Positions 27,125 to 36,113 of a stretch of DNA of 52,428 nt are shown one piece after another. Position numbers and translations under genes: made by a program. Below the pieces are notes generated by a model, which was not told the DNA's origin, made no database searches, and saw nothing but the letters and a program-made list of their open reading frames with translations. Source of the DNA: an uncultured bacterium (GTDB lineage Bacteria; Hydrothermota; UBA3072); the NCBI GenBank assembly GCA_964485935.1, contig CAZALG010000001.1, positions 1-52,428 on the forward strand, read 5' to 3'. Each line of letters opens with the position of its first letter. Position 1 is the first letter of the stretch.

Positions 27125-27875
27125 ATAAAGAAAAATTTGTTAAGATTTCGGGGCCTTCTTCGGATATTAGTATTGTATGTTCAAAATGCGCTGAGGGTTT
27201 CCCGTCAAAGGTAACCACTGTCCAGTTATCTTTAAGGATTCTGACTTGATGACTTCCCATGTTTATCATCGGCTCAATCGCGATTGTCATACCATTTTTT
27301 AGTCTGGGTCCAACTCCTTTATTACCAAAGTTCGGTACAGCCGGATCTTCATGCAATTTTTTTCCGACTCCGTGACCCACAAAATCTCTCACCACATTAT
27401 ATCCGGCATCTTCAGCTGTTTTTTGTATAGTATTCGATATGTCCCCTACTCTATTGTTTTTTGTCATTTTTCCTATTGCGTTATAAAGCGCCGTTTTTGT
27501 AACGCTTATTAGTTTTTCCGCTTCCCCTTTTAATTCACCAATACCGAACGTGTAGGCTGCATCACTGAAAAACCCATTGTATTTTACCCCCACGTCAACA
27601 CCCACAATATCTCCTTCCTCGATTATCCTTTCGTCGGGAATACCGTGAATTACAACTTCGTTAATAGATATGCAGGAAGAAGCCGGGAATCCTCTGTAAC
27701 CTTTAAATGCAGGGGTTGCTTTGTTTCTCGTAATGAATTCTTCGATTTCTTTATCCAGGTCTTTTGTTTTCATGCCTTCCCGGATAATATCGTTTATGTG
27801 TTCGAAAGTAAGGCTAAGTATTTTGGAAGCTTCTTTGATACCTTTGATTTCTTTACCGCTTTTGATGATTATCAT
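27099..27875 (-). CDS. map: Type I methionine aminopeptidase
   Basis: FKGYRGFPASSCISINEVVIHGIP, DVGVKYNGFFSDAAYTF, FVGHGVG, IEPMI and EHTI metal-ligand motifs. Confidence 0.9.
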   Translation of the reverse strand: MIIIKSGKEIKGIKEASKILSLTFEHINDIIREGMKTKDLDKEIEEFITRNKATPAFKGYRGFPASSCISINEVVIHGIPDERIIEEGDIVGVDVGVKYNGFFSDAAYTFGIGELKGEAEKLISVTKTALYNAIGKMTKNNRVGDISNTIQKTAEDAGYNVVRDFVGHGVGKKLHEDPAVPNFGNKGVGPRLKNGMTIAIEPMINMGSHQVRILKDNWTVVTFDGKPSAHFEHTILISEEGPEILTNFSLYEKIKKTS

Positions 27876-27881
27876 ACAGGG

Positions 27882-27910
27882 ATAATAAATAGCTGTTTAC
27901 TTTCTGTCAA
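27882..27910 (-). promoter_or_regulatory. Sigma70-like promoter TTGACA-17-TATTAT placed 6 nt before the map ATG (leaderless geometry)
   Basis: Complement of 27905..27910 is TTGACA. Complement of 27882..27887 is TATTAT. Only CCCTGT separates it from ATG 27875, and there is no SD. Confidence 0.5.
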
Positions 27911-27938
27911 GGTAACTTTACTTATTATTTTTACTCTC

Positions 27939-27966
27939 TTGATTTTTTTTTGAAAACCTGTATCAT
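27939..27966 (+). promoter_or_regulatory. Sigma70-like promoter TTGATT-16-TATCAT placed 6 nt before ATG 27973 (leaderless geometry)
   Basis: TTGATT at 27939..27944 and TATCAT at 27961..27966, then TATTGT and the ATG. No SD. Confidence 0.45.
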
Positions 27967-27972
27967 TATTGT

Positions 27973-28605
27973 ATGAATTTTCTTAGCTTTGTGCCAATCG
28001 CAGGTGTAGTTTCGGGATTAATTGCTTTATTGCTCTTTTTCCTCTTGATAAAAAGACTAAGAAACAGGAGAAAGAAACTATTTGTATGCTTTATTCACTT
28101 TCTTATTGTGATTATTTTTGCCCTTATATCCACCATTTTTATGCTTTTGTACGCGGGTTTAAAAGGTTATGAACATTTTACCTATAACAAACCTATTCTT
28201 TCTGTCGAGTGTTCCCTTAAGCAAGATGATTCCTTTGTTCTTAAATTTATACCGTTAGACGGAAAAGAAAGTCAGGCAAGGTTCTATCGTGTTAAAGGAC
28301 AGCAATTTGTTATTGAGGGACATATAATTAAATGGGAAAATTTTTTCGTGACGGTTGGTATGAAGCCCTTATACCAGGTTACGAGGTTGACCGGACGTTA
28401 CGTTTCGATTAATGATGAGAAGGAAAAAGAACGCAGTGTTTATGAGATTGAGGAAGAAACCATGCTGTGGAGATGGTTGATGCAGTATGGAGAAAAAATA
28501 CCCGGTATCGATGCGGTTCAAGGTATTTCTTCGTTTAAAGACGCCGTAGAGAATAAAAAACTCACAGTTTATATTACTCATAACGCATTCGTTATTAAAG
28601 AATAG
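27973..28605 (+). CDS. Hypothetical membrane protein (two N-terminal TM helices)
   Basis: 210-aa ORF with hydrophobic segments VPIAGVVSGLIALLLFFLLI and CFIHFLIVIIFALISTIFMLLYAGL. No recognisable domain. Confidence 0.5.
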   Translation: MNFLSFVPIAGVVSGLIALLLFFLLIKRLRNRRKKLFVCFIHFLIVIIFALISTIFMLLYAGLKGYEHFTYNKPILSVECSLKQDDSFVLKFIPLDGKESQARFYRVKGQQFVIEGHIIKWENFFVTVGMKPLYQVTRLTGRYVSINDEKEKERSVYEIEEETMLWRWLMQYGEKIPGIDAVQGISSFKDAVENKKLTVYITHNAFVIKE

Positions 28606-28669
28606 TACAGTTGTTAGGGTGCAGTCATCATTTCTTAAAATAAAAGTAAAAGTTTAATCTGACTGTAAA

Positions 28670-28832
28670 TTAAATATCAAAAATTAAAAATCAAAATTAC
28701 ATATTAAAATGTAAATATATTTTTTGCCCAACAAAGGAAGTTAACTTTATATGCTTGGTTCGTTATTTTTTGTTTTTCTTATTTTTGAACTTTTATTTGT
28801 AATTTTCCATTTTGATATTTGATTTTTACATT
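28670..28832 (+). repeat. ~162-bp AT-rich intergenic repeat element, copy 1
   Basis: Left end TTAAATATCAAAAATTAAAAATCAAAATTACATATTAAAATGTAAA (28670..28715). Right end TTTTCCATTTTGATATTTGATTTTTACATT (28803..28832). Both ends are near-identical to copy 2 at 37670..37831 and the total length is the same. The ends contain mutually complementary words (AAATATCAAAA / TTTTGATATTT). Confidence 0.8.
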
Positions 28833-28910
28833 TTGCCATTTAACCACCCCGTGTGCTGTCGGGCAAAATTGGTTTTTAGGTTTATAGTTGTAGTATCGTT
28901 TTTTCAGCCC

Positions 28911-28938
28911 TTGACTTTGAAATAAACAAAGTTATTCT
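28911..28938 (+). promoter_or_regulatory. Sigma70-like promoter (CCC)TTGACT-16-TATTCT upstream of the transglutaminase-like gene
   Basis: TTGACT at 28911..28916 and TATTCT at 28933..28938, followed by SD AAGGAG (28946..28951). Confidence 0.4.
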
Positions 28939-28956
28939 TTTCGAAAAGGAGTGCAA

Positions 28957-30363
28957 TTGAAAAAAAATCGATTTTGGCTGCCAGTTTTATTCATATTAAT
29001 AGGAATTGCCATCATATTTTTTATCAAAGGAGGGCTTTCCAAACCGAAGGAAGTCTTCTCGGGGGATTTTTTTGAAGAAGGCGCCAATACCGAGTATTTA
29101 GGAATATATCTGAAAGGGCATAGAGTGGGTTATCTAGCGTCAAAAATTGACACTGTTGAAAATGGTTACAGAGTTTACTCTAACACGTACCTCAAGTTAT
29201 CTCCCGTACCGGGTATGGAAAAGGAAGTCACCTACAGGGTTACTGCCAATACCGATCTATCATATGATCTAAAAAGCTTTGAGTTTTCAATGTTTTCGGA
29301 CGATCATTTATTCGAGGCAGAAGGGGAAAGACATAACGGTAAACTTTTAATCAATATGAATGTAGCGGGTCAAAAAAGAAAGAAAGAATATGAGCTTAAA
29401 TCCTCTTACATGCCAGCAACCATAGAAGGTTTGGTCAAAACCGGGAAAACTGGTCGTTTTGAGTTCTTTGACCCCACTCTGCAGTCGTTGTTTGAAATAG
29501 AGGTCGAGAATTTAGGGAAAGATACATTAGAAGGAAAACCTGTTAAAAAGTATAGCGTTATGCAATCGGGTATGCAGATGGTCTTCTGGGTTTCAGAGAA
29601 AGGCGAATTATTACGTTCCGAATCACCAATAGGCTTGGTCATGAAAAAAGAAGAAAGAATCGCAAAGGAAGATATCGAAACGGTGGGCTTTAAGTTGTAT
29701 GATTCCTACGCAATCAGAGTAAAAAATGAGATAAAAAACCCCCGCGGTATATCTATTCTGAAAATACGCCTGGATTCTGTTGACCTTACCGGGCTCCGGA
29801 TAGAAGACGACAGGCAAAAACTTAATGGTAATGTTCTTACAATTAGCAGAATTGAACCCGGGCAGAAAGATAAGATTCCGAAAGATATAGAGGAATTTTT
29901 ACAAGCCACTGCTTTTATCCCCTCGGATGATGAGAGAATTAAAGAAATAGCGGAGGAGATTACAGAAGGAAAAGAAGGAATTGAAGCTGTCCGGAATATT
30001 ATCTCCTATGTTGACAAAAAATTGACGGATAAACCCACGTTTTCCATTCCGAACGCTCTCGATGCATTAGAGTCCGGAGAGGGAGATTGTAATGAACACT
30101 CGGCTCTTGCGGTCGCACTCCTACGGGCTGTTGGAATTCCCTCTAGGGTTGAAGTAGGACTTGTTTATGTGGGCGGGGCTTTCTATTATCATGCCTGGGT
30201 AGGAGTCTATCTGGGCGGAAAATGGATCTCTGCCGACCCTACTTTTGGCCAGGTAATAGCCGACCCCACTCATGTAAAATTAGAGTATGGAGGTTTTGAG
30301 AACCAGGCTAAACTCTATAGAGTCATAAACAAACTTCAGATTTCTGTTCTGGATTATGATTGA
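28957..30363 (+). CDS. Membrane-anchored transglutaminase-like (cysteine protease fold) domain protein
   Basis: GEGDCNEHSALAVALLRAVGIPSRV...YHAWVGVYLGGKWISADPT contains the Cys-His-Asp transglutaminase core, with an N-terminal TM helix. The ORF track starts at GTG 28951, but that codon overlaps the SD, so TTG 28957 (5 nt after AAGGAG) is preferred. Confidence 0.7.
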   Translation: MKKNRFWLPVLFILIGIAIIFFIKGGLSKPKEVFSGDFFEEGANTEYLGIYLKGHRVGYLASKIDTVENGYRVYSNTYLKLSPVPGMEKEVTYRVTANTDLSYDLKSFEFSMFSDDHLFEAEGERHNGKLLINMNVAGQKRKKEYELKSSYMPATIEGLVKTGKTGRFEFFDPTLQSLFEIEVENLGKDTLEGKPVKKYSVMQSGMQMVFWVSEKGELLRSESPIGLVMKKEERIAKEDIETVGFKLYDSYAIRVKNEIKNPRGISILKIRLDSVDLTGLRIEDDRQKLNGNVLTISRIEPGQKDKIPKDIEEFLQATAFIPSDDERIKEIAEEITEGKEGIEAVRNIISYVDKKLTDKPTFSIPNALDALESGEGDCNEHSALAVALLRAVGIPSRVEVGLVYVGGAFYYHAWVGVYLGGKWISADPTFGQVIADPTHVKLEYGGFENQAKLYRVINKLQISVLDYD

Positions 30364-31093
30364 ACTTAAAAATCTTTCCAAGAGTTTCGGAGAAACAAAA
30401 GCTGTAAATCACTTAAACTTATTGATCCCTCCAGGTGAGTTATTTACATTTTTGGGACCAAATGGCGCAGGTAAGACCACAACTGTTAAAATGATTACAG
30501 GACTTATATTACCCACTGAAGGAGAGATTTTTATAAAAGGAATAGATCTTCTAAAAGAACCTGAGCGAGCCAAAAGCGTAATCGCTTACATTCCCGATGA
30601 ACCTTTTCTTTACCCTGAGTTAACCGGAAGAGAGTTTATATTTTTTGTATCCAGACTTTACGAATTAGAAAAGAAAACTATTGAAAAAAGGATGGAAAGG
30701 TTGTTCGCGGAATTCGGAGTAGAAAAATGGATTGATTCCCCATCCTCCGAATATTCACACGGTATGAGACAAAAGGTTATATTTATACAGGCCTTAATTC
30801 ATAATCCTGACGTTATCGTTATCGATGAACCCATGGTAGGATTGGACCCTGTTTCCGCAAGAACGGTGAAAAAACTATTAAAGGAAAGAGTTTCTACTGG
30901 TGCTTCTGTTTTTATGTCAACACATTCTCTCCCGCTTGCAGAAGAAATATCGGACAGAGTCGGAGTAATCGACAATGGTATTTTAACACAAACAGGAAAA
31001 GTATCAGAGCTTAAAAAAAGTAGTGGGAAAACTTATTCGTCTTTAGAAGAAGTTTATTTCAAACTTACAGAGGAGGAAAAAAGTGTCGTGTAG
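30356..31093 (+). CDS. ABC transporter ATP-binding protein (ABC-2/DrrA-like), no adjacent permease
   Basis: Walker A GPNGAGKTT, signature-like YSHGMRQK and Walker B VIVIDEP. The start overlaps the upstream gene by 8 nt. Confidence 0.75.
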   Translation: MIELKNLSKSFGETKAVNHLNLLIPPGELFTFLGPNGAGKTTTVKMITGLILPTEGEIFIKGIDLLKEPERAKSVIAYIPDEPFLYPELTGREFIFFVSRLYELEKKTIEKRMERLFAEFGVEKWIDSPSSEYSHGMRQKVIFIQALIHNPDVIVIDEPMVGLDPVSARTVKKLLKERVSTGASVFMSTHSLPLAEEISDRVGVIDNGILTQTGKVSELKKSSGKTYSSLEEVYFKLTEEEKSVV

Positions 31094-31709
31094 AGTAGGT
31101 GTTTTAGTCTCCGGGAGAGGTTCTAATCTTCAATCTATTATAGATAAGTGTCAATCCGGAGAAATAGACGCGGAAGTAGCTGTTGTTCTCTCGGATAATA
31201 AGGAAGCTTACTCACTCGAGAGGGCAAAAAAAGCAGGAATAGAAGCATATTATATCGATCCTGAAGTGACAAAACCTGTACTAATAGGTAAGGCCGAAGA
31301 TAATTATATCGACGCTTTAAATAAGCACAAAGTCGACCTTGTCTGTCTGGCTGGATTTATGAGAATAGTAAAGGAAAAGCTAATATCACAGTTTAAATGG
31401 AAAATGATGAATATTCACCCTGCTCTTCTGCCGTCTTTTAAGGGTCTCCATGCTCAGAAACAAGCTTTGGATTATGGGGTGCGTTTTGCGGGCGCTACCG
31501 TTCATTTTGTTACCGGAGATGTAGACGGAGGTCCCACAATTCTGCAGGCGGTAGTTCCTGTTTATCAGGATGACACAGAAGAAACTCTCTCTAAGAGAAT
31601 TTTAAAAGAAGAGCACAGGATTTATCCTGAAGCTATAGATCTTTTTTCAAAGAATAGATTAAAAATTAAAGAAGGAAAAGTATTTATTGAGGGAACTAAT
31701 GGAGAATAA
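31083..31709 (+). CDS. purN: Phosphoribosylglycinamide formyltransferase
   Basis: VLVSGRGSNLQSII, LAGFMRI and NIHPALLPSFKGLHAQKQALDYGVRFAGATVHFV motifs. GTG start. Confidence 0.85.
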   Translation: MSCRVGVLVSGRGSNLQSIIDKCQSGEIDAEVAVVLSDNKEAYSLERAKKAGIEAYYIDPEVTKPVLIGKAEDNYIDALNKHKVDLVCLAGFMRIVKEKLISQFKWKMMNIHPALLPSFKGLHAQKQALDYGVRFAGATVHFVTGDVDGGPTILQAVVPVYQDDTEETLSKRILKEEHRIYPEAIDLFSKNRLKIKEGKVFIEGTNGE

Positions 31710-32697
31710 AATAAAAATTGGTTTAGTGGGAGCCGGTGCAGTCGCACAAATCGGCTATTTGCCTGTAATCGCGGAAAGGAAAGACCTCGTTCTCGAAGCA
31801 GTCTCCGAATCAAACAGAGAAAAAGTAGAAATTCTTTCGAGAATGTATAAAATAAATAAGATATTTGTGGATTACGAAAAAATGCTGCAGGATTCGGAAA
31901 TTGACGCGGTAATTATAGCTACACCTAATTATCTGCATACCCCCATGGCTATTTCTGCTATTGAGTATGGGAAAAATGTCCTTTGTGAGATGCCGCTTGG
32001 GCTCGACGCAAAGGAGGTGAAACGACTGGGGGAAGTTATCGATTCCTCCAAGCTGGTTTTAATGCCTGCTTTCAACGGAAGATTTAGACCTGATGTTGAA
32101 ATATTAAAAGGGCTTGTTTTCGGTGGAGAATTAGGCAAACTTGCCTTTGCTAAGGCGGGGTGGCTTAAATCCCTGCACGAAGTACATTTTGATGGATGGA
32201 GAAGAGATCCTTTGAAATCGGGAGGGGGAACTATAATGACTTTAGGAGTTCAGATTCTTGGTTATGTTACTTATCTTTTCGGTTCTGATGTCTCTTCGGT
32301 TATTGCCGGGTTTCATACCACTGATAAAATTGAAGATTCCGGAATAATATTTCTGCGTTATAGAGATGGAAAATATCTTTTGCTCGAAGTAGGTTGGACG
32401 CTCCTTTTTGAGAAGGATTTCACTTATTTTAACCTTTACGGAAGTGATGGTGTGGGTCTTTTGAATCCCCTTAAGATAAAAAAGCTGGAGGATAACAAAG
32501 TTAAGGATATTACTCCGATTAATATTCCCAAACATCCGGTGAAAGCTTCTTATCATGGTCTCATAGATTATTTTGTAAATGCTATACGAGAAAAGCATTT
32601 AGAGGAAAATACCTGGAAAGATGCTTATAATATTGCTAAAATTATCGATGCTGCTTACAGATCTGCGGAGGAGAAGAAAGAAATTCATCTGGACTGA
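31699..32697 (+). CDS. Gfo/Idh/MocA family NAD(P)-dependent oxidoreductase
   Basis: KIGLVGAGAVAQIGYLP Rossmann motif and the typical EMPLG segment. The ATG at 31699 (SD GAGGG) is preferred over TTG 31687. Confidence 0.7.
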   Translation: MENKIKIGLVGAGAVAQIGYLPVIAERKDLVLEAVSESNREKVEILSRMYKINKIFVDYEKMLQDSEIDAVIIATPNYLHTPMAISAIEYGKNVLCEMPLGLDAKEVKRLGEVIDSSKLVLMPAFNGRFRPDVEILKGLVFGGELGKLAFAKAGWLKSLHEVHFDGWRRDPLKSGGGTIMTLGVQILGYVTYLFGSDVSSVIAGFHTTDKIEDSGIIFLRYRDGKYLLLEVGWTLLFEKDFTYFNLYGSDGVGLLNPLKIKKLEDNKVKDITPINIPKHPVKASYHGLIDYFVNAIREKHLEENTWKDAYNIAKIIDAAYRSAEEKKEIHLD

Positions 32698-32711
32698 GTT
32701 TCTTTTCTGTC

Positions 32712-34232
32712 ATGTTTAAATTTTACGACCGGTTTAAGAAAATCCCTGGTATTTATGCACTGCCTATCTTGGGCGGATTCTGTTTGACTCTTTCGTTTGC
32801 TCCTTTTAATCTTTCTATTCTTGCCTGGTTTGCTTTTATTCCTCTATTTTATTCTCTCCGAGACGGAAAATATCCTTTCCTGAAGGGTTTTATTATGGGG
32901 CTTGCTTTTTTCTCTACGCTTCTTTACTGGGTTGCCTTCTCGGATGTGGTAGAGGGCACAATTGTTCCGCTTGTAGTGTTCGGGTCTTTTCTTTTAGTGG
33001 TATATCTTTCTTTATTCTTCGGTTTCTCGGGTATTTTATATGATAAATTAAATAAAAAGGGACATGTCTATTTTTTCCCGATTGTTTTTGCAGGGCTCGA
33101 ATTCTTGCGAAGCCTTTCTTCTGTTTGGGGCTTTACCTGGGGTTCAATTGGATTTTCTCAGAGCAATTTACTTCATTTGGTTCAGTTTGCCTCTATCGGC
33201 GGCGTGCCTCTTGTCTCGCTGTGGGTCCTTTCTTTAAACATCGTCATATATTTATTTTTTAAAAATTTAGATGCGGAAATAAAAAAGAAAATGATTTACT
33301 TTTTTTCTTTTCTTTTTTTACTGGTCATCCCTTTTATATATTCAGAAATTATACTTCATAGAGAAATTTCACCAATTGAACACAAAACCGTAGGAGTGGT
33401 ACAACCAAATATTTCACCGTCAGATAAAAGAAAGAATGATTTTGAGCGACTGCTCAGTATAAAAAGAACTATTGAAGAAAGCCCGGGTGCCGATTTATAT
33501 GTGTTACCGGAAACAGCATCACCTTTTTCGCTTACCCACAATAACGGGGTAAGGCTTTTTTTCGTGAACCTTGCGAAAGAAATGAACGCACCTATTATTA
33601 CTGGCATGGTTGATTATGAAAGAGAAAAAGAAGAAATTGCATATTATAATTCGTCAGCCGTAGTCGATTCATCCGGCATCAAGGGTACTTATAGAAAAAT
33701 TTTTCTCCTCCCTTTTGTGGAGAGACTCCCTTTCGATGACGTTATCCCTAAACTAAAAGAGGTAGATTTGGGCCAGGGGCAATTTACTCCGGGGGCTAAC
33801 TTTACTGTTTTTGAGATTGATAGTTTCAATTTTTCTGTTTATATTTGCTACGAAGCAATTTTCCCTCAGCTTCTAAGAAAGTTTGTAAATAGTGGGGCTG
33901 AAATTCTTGTGAATATAACAGAGGATGGTTGGTTCGGCAGAACTAACGGACCTTACCAGCATGCCCAAATGGCTGCTTTCCAATCGATAATCTTCAGGAG
34001 GGCTATTGTAAGATCGGCGAATACTGGTGTTTCATTCGTCAGCGATCCCTATGGTAGGATTATAAAGAAAACTCAGATTTTCGAGGAAGATTGTATTACT
34101 TGTAAAGTTCCTCTCTTGGAATGTAAAACTATTTATGCGAGAATAGGTAATACTTTTGGATGGACTTTTTTGTTGTTTATTTTACTGCTTATTATATCGG
34201 AACCGGTAATAAGGAAAAATAAGGGAAGATGA
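32712..34232 (+). CDS. lnt: Apolipoprotein N-acyltransferase
   Basis: Multi-TM N-terminal half followed by a CN-hydrolase domain with LPETA (Glu), YRKIFLLPFVE (Lys) and VYICYEAIFP (Cys). Confidence 0.8.
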   Translation: MFKFYDRFKKIPGIYALPILGGFCLTLSFAPFNLSILAWFAFIPLFYSLRDGKYPFLKGFIMGLAFFSTLLYWVAFSDVVEGTIVPLVVFGSFLLVVYLSLFFGFSGILYDKLNKKGHVYFFPIVFAGLEFLRSLSSVWGFTWGSIGFSQSNLLHLVQFASIGGVPLVSLWVLSLNIVIYLFFKNLDAEIKKKMIYFFSFLFLLVIPFIYSEIILHREISPIEHKTVGVVQPNISPSDKRKNDFERLLSIKRTIEESPGADLYVLPETASPFSLTHNNGVRLFFVNLAKEMNAPIITGMVDYEREKEEIAYYNSSAVVDSSGIKGTYRKIFLLPFVERLPFDDVIPKLKEVDLGQGQFTPGANFTVFEIDSFNFSVYICYEAIFPQLLRKFVNSGAEILVNITEDGWFGRTNGPYQHAQMAAFQSIIFRRAIVRSANTGVSFVSDPYGRIIKKTQIFEEDCITCKVPLLECKTIYARIGNTFGWTFLLFILLLIISEPVIRKNKGR

Positions 34233-35599
34233 TAAAGAAACAAAATCTTGAGAGTCTTCTTAGAAAAATAAAACCTCTAAAAAAGATAAAGAAATACGCT
34301 GATAAAGCAAATAAAAAAGTCTATCTTGTCGGGGGAATGCTAAGAGATCTTCTGCTTGGTTTTGAAATATGCGATATAGATATTGCAATAAGTGGTAAGG
34401 GCCAAGATTTTGCCAAAGTTCTGGGTAAGTATTTCCGCTTGAAAAAGGGTCTAAATGAGTTTAGAGTAACCAGCGAAGATGTGGGTATCGACGTATTAGG
34501 CCTCGGTTCTGCAAAAATTTTGGAAGATCTTGGAAGAAGAGATTTCACAATAAATGCAATGGCCTATAACCTCCTTGATAAACGTTTTATAGATCCTTTT
34601 AATGGCGTTAAAGATCTTGAAAATGGCATCATCAGGACCATGGGTAGAAAAAATATTGTGGAAGATAGTTGTAGAATCCTACGGGGCCTGCGTTTTAGAG
34701 CATATCTTGGTTTTGAAATTGAGGAAAACACCGCAAATTTATTTAACGAGTATTCAGATAAGCTCCGCACGATTGCTCCGGAACGGATACATTTTGAGCT
34801 GACATCACTTTTTAATGCTGATAAGGCCCACCTTGCTGTGGTTCCCGAAATTTTTGATAAAATATTTCCCGGTTTCTTGAAAATGAAAGAAATTAAAGGA
34901 GGAAAAATTTCAGAGAATCTTTTAGAACATTCAATATTAACTCTTGAAAAAATGGATACTCTTTCTAAAGATTTCTCCGTCTTTGGTGCTCATAGAAAGA
35001 AGATAGAAACTTATTATTCAGAAAATAAGATGGGGCTAAAAATGGCTGCCCTTTTACATGATATAAAGAAGCCTGATGCGATGGAAGTAAATGGAGACGA
35101 GGTTCATTTTTACGGACATGATAAAATGGCTTCCGACTGGTTTAAAAAGATTGGTAAGGAGTTGAAGTTTTCTGCCGAGGAAAGAAATTATATTTCTAAG
35201 CTAACTCTACATCATATGTGGATTCACCTTCTTGCTGCACAGCAAGAAATAACGGAAAAAGCTAAAAGAAGATTGTGTTTCGAATTGGGTCCGAATATAA
35301 TAGGATTAGCCTTACTTTCGAGTGCGGATCAGGCGGCAACAACCGGAACGATAGACCCACACTTAACAGAGGTGTGCAAGGAAATTATTGGTTATTATTT
35401 TTCAATGAAAGACGAAATGGAAGAACCTTTACTAATGGGTCGTGACCTTATTGAAAATTTTAATCTAAAGCCCGGGCCTCTTTTTGGTGAGATGTTAAGT
35501 AAAGTGCAAATGGCTTACGAAGAAGGTAAAATTAAAACAAAACAAGAAGCTCTTGAATTTGTCAAGAAGAATATAGAGGGGCTTGACATAAAAGAGTGA
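34229..35599 (+). CDS. cca: CCA-adding enzyme / poly(A) polymerase family tRNA nucleotidyltransferase with HD domain
   Basis: VYLVGGMLRDLLLG...DIDIA, RRDFTINAMAY and LLHDIKKP (HD). ATGA overlap with lnt. Confidence 0.7.
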   Translation: MIKKQNLESLLRKIKPLKKIKKYADKANKKVYLVGGMLRDLLLGFEICDIDIAISGKGQDFAKVLGKYFRLKKGLNEFRVTSEDVGIDVLGLGSAKILEDLGRRDFTINAMAYNLLDKRFIDPFNGVKDLENGIIRTMGRKNIVEDSCRILRGLRFRAYLGFEIEENTANLFNEYSDKLRTIAPERIHFELTSLFNADKAHLAVVPEIFDKIFPGFLKMKEIKGGKISENLLEHSILTLEKMDTLSKDFSVFGAHRKKIETYYSENKMGLKMAALLHDIKKPDAMEVNGDEVHFYGHDKMASDWFKKIGKELKFSAEERNYISKLTLHHMWIHLLAAQQEITEKAKRRLCFELGPNIIGLALLSSADQAATTGTIDPHLTEVCKEIIGYYFSMKDEMEEPLLMGRDLIENFNLKPGPLFGEMLSKVQMAYEEGKIKTKQEALEFVKKNIEGLDIKE

Positions 35600-35636
35600 T
35601 GAAATATCTTGAAATAAGGAAAGGAGGAACGAGCGA

Positions 35637-36113
35637 ATGAAAAGTAGGTTTATTATAGCGATATTTGTTTTTGCTTTATTTGTTTTTATTGTTGGTTGCG
35701 AAAAGAGTGAATTTAACCCACCTGAAGATGGTATTGTAACTAAAACAATGGCTGAAAGATATGTCAGGGTTTCCATTGCTCTCACCGAACTCGCAGAAAG
35801 TGAGACAGTAAAACTTGCAGAGCTCAGAAAAAAGCATGGGATTTCTTCGGGTATGGCTGAACTTAACGATGAAGAGTACAAGAAAAAATACCCCGAGGTG
35901 GTAGCCGCGTGGGACTCCATCCTTGAAGATTGGAACAGAAAACAAGATTCGGCGCATAAGGAGCTTGGTATGTCAGAAAAGGAATGGGATTGGATAGCAG
36001 GGGCCATTATTATGCATAAAAATAAAGAGATTAGAAAATTTATTCAGGAAGAATTTGACAGAATAAAAGGAGAAAAAGACTCACTGCCGACGCAAACCAC
36101 AGATAGTAACTGA
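35637..36113 (+). CDS. Hypothetical lipoprotein
   Basis: SD AGGAGG and signal plus lipobox (FALFVFIVGC). Its 3' end overlaps the convergent uppP gene by 74 nt. Confidence 0.5.
   Translation: MKSRFIIAIFVFALFVFIVGCEKSEFNPPEDGIVTKTMAERYVRVSIALTELAESETVKLAELRKKHGISSGMAELNDEEYKKKYPEVVAAWDSILEDWNRKQDSAHKELGMSEKEWDWIAGAIIMHKNKEIRKFIQEEFDRIKGEKDSLPTQTTDSN

Noticed and set aside
28640-28900. AT-rich repeated words as a possible CRISPR array (also 37650..37832 and 43660..43800)
   Set aside because: There is no regular alternation of identical 25-40-nt direct repeats with unique spacers, and no cas genes. The repeats are short, degenerate and partly inverted.
35495-36007. 170-aa minus-strand ORF (Ser/Phe-rich) antisense to the cca 3' end and the lipoprotein gene
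   Set aside because: It is a low-complexity shadow ORF lying wholly within better-supported plus-strand genes that have SDs and recognisable features. It has no SD or domain of its own.
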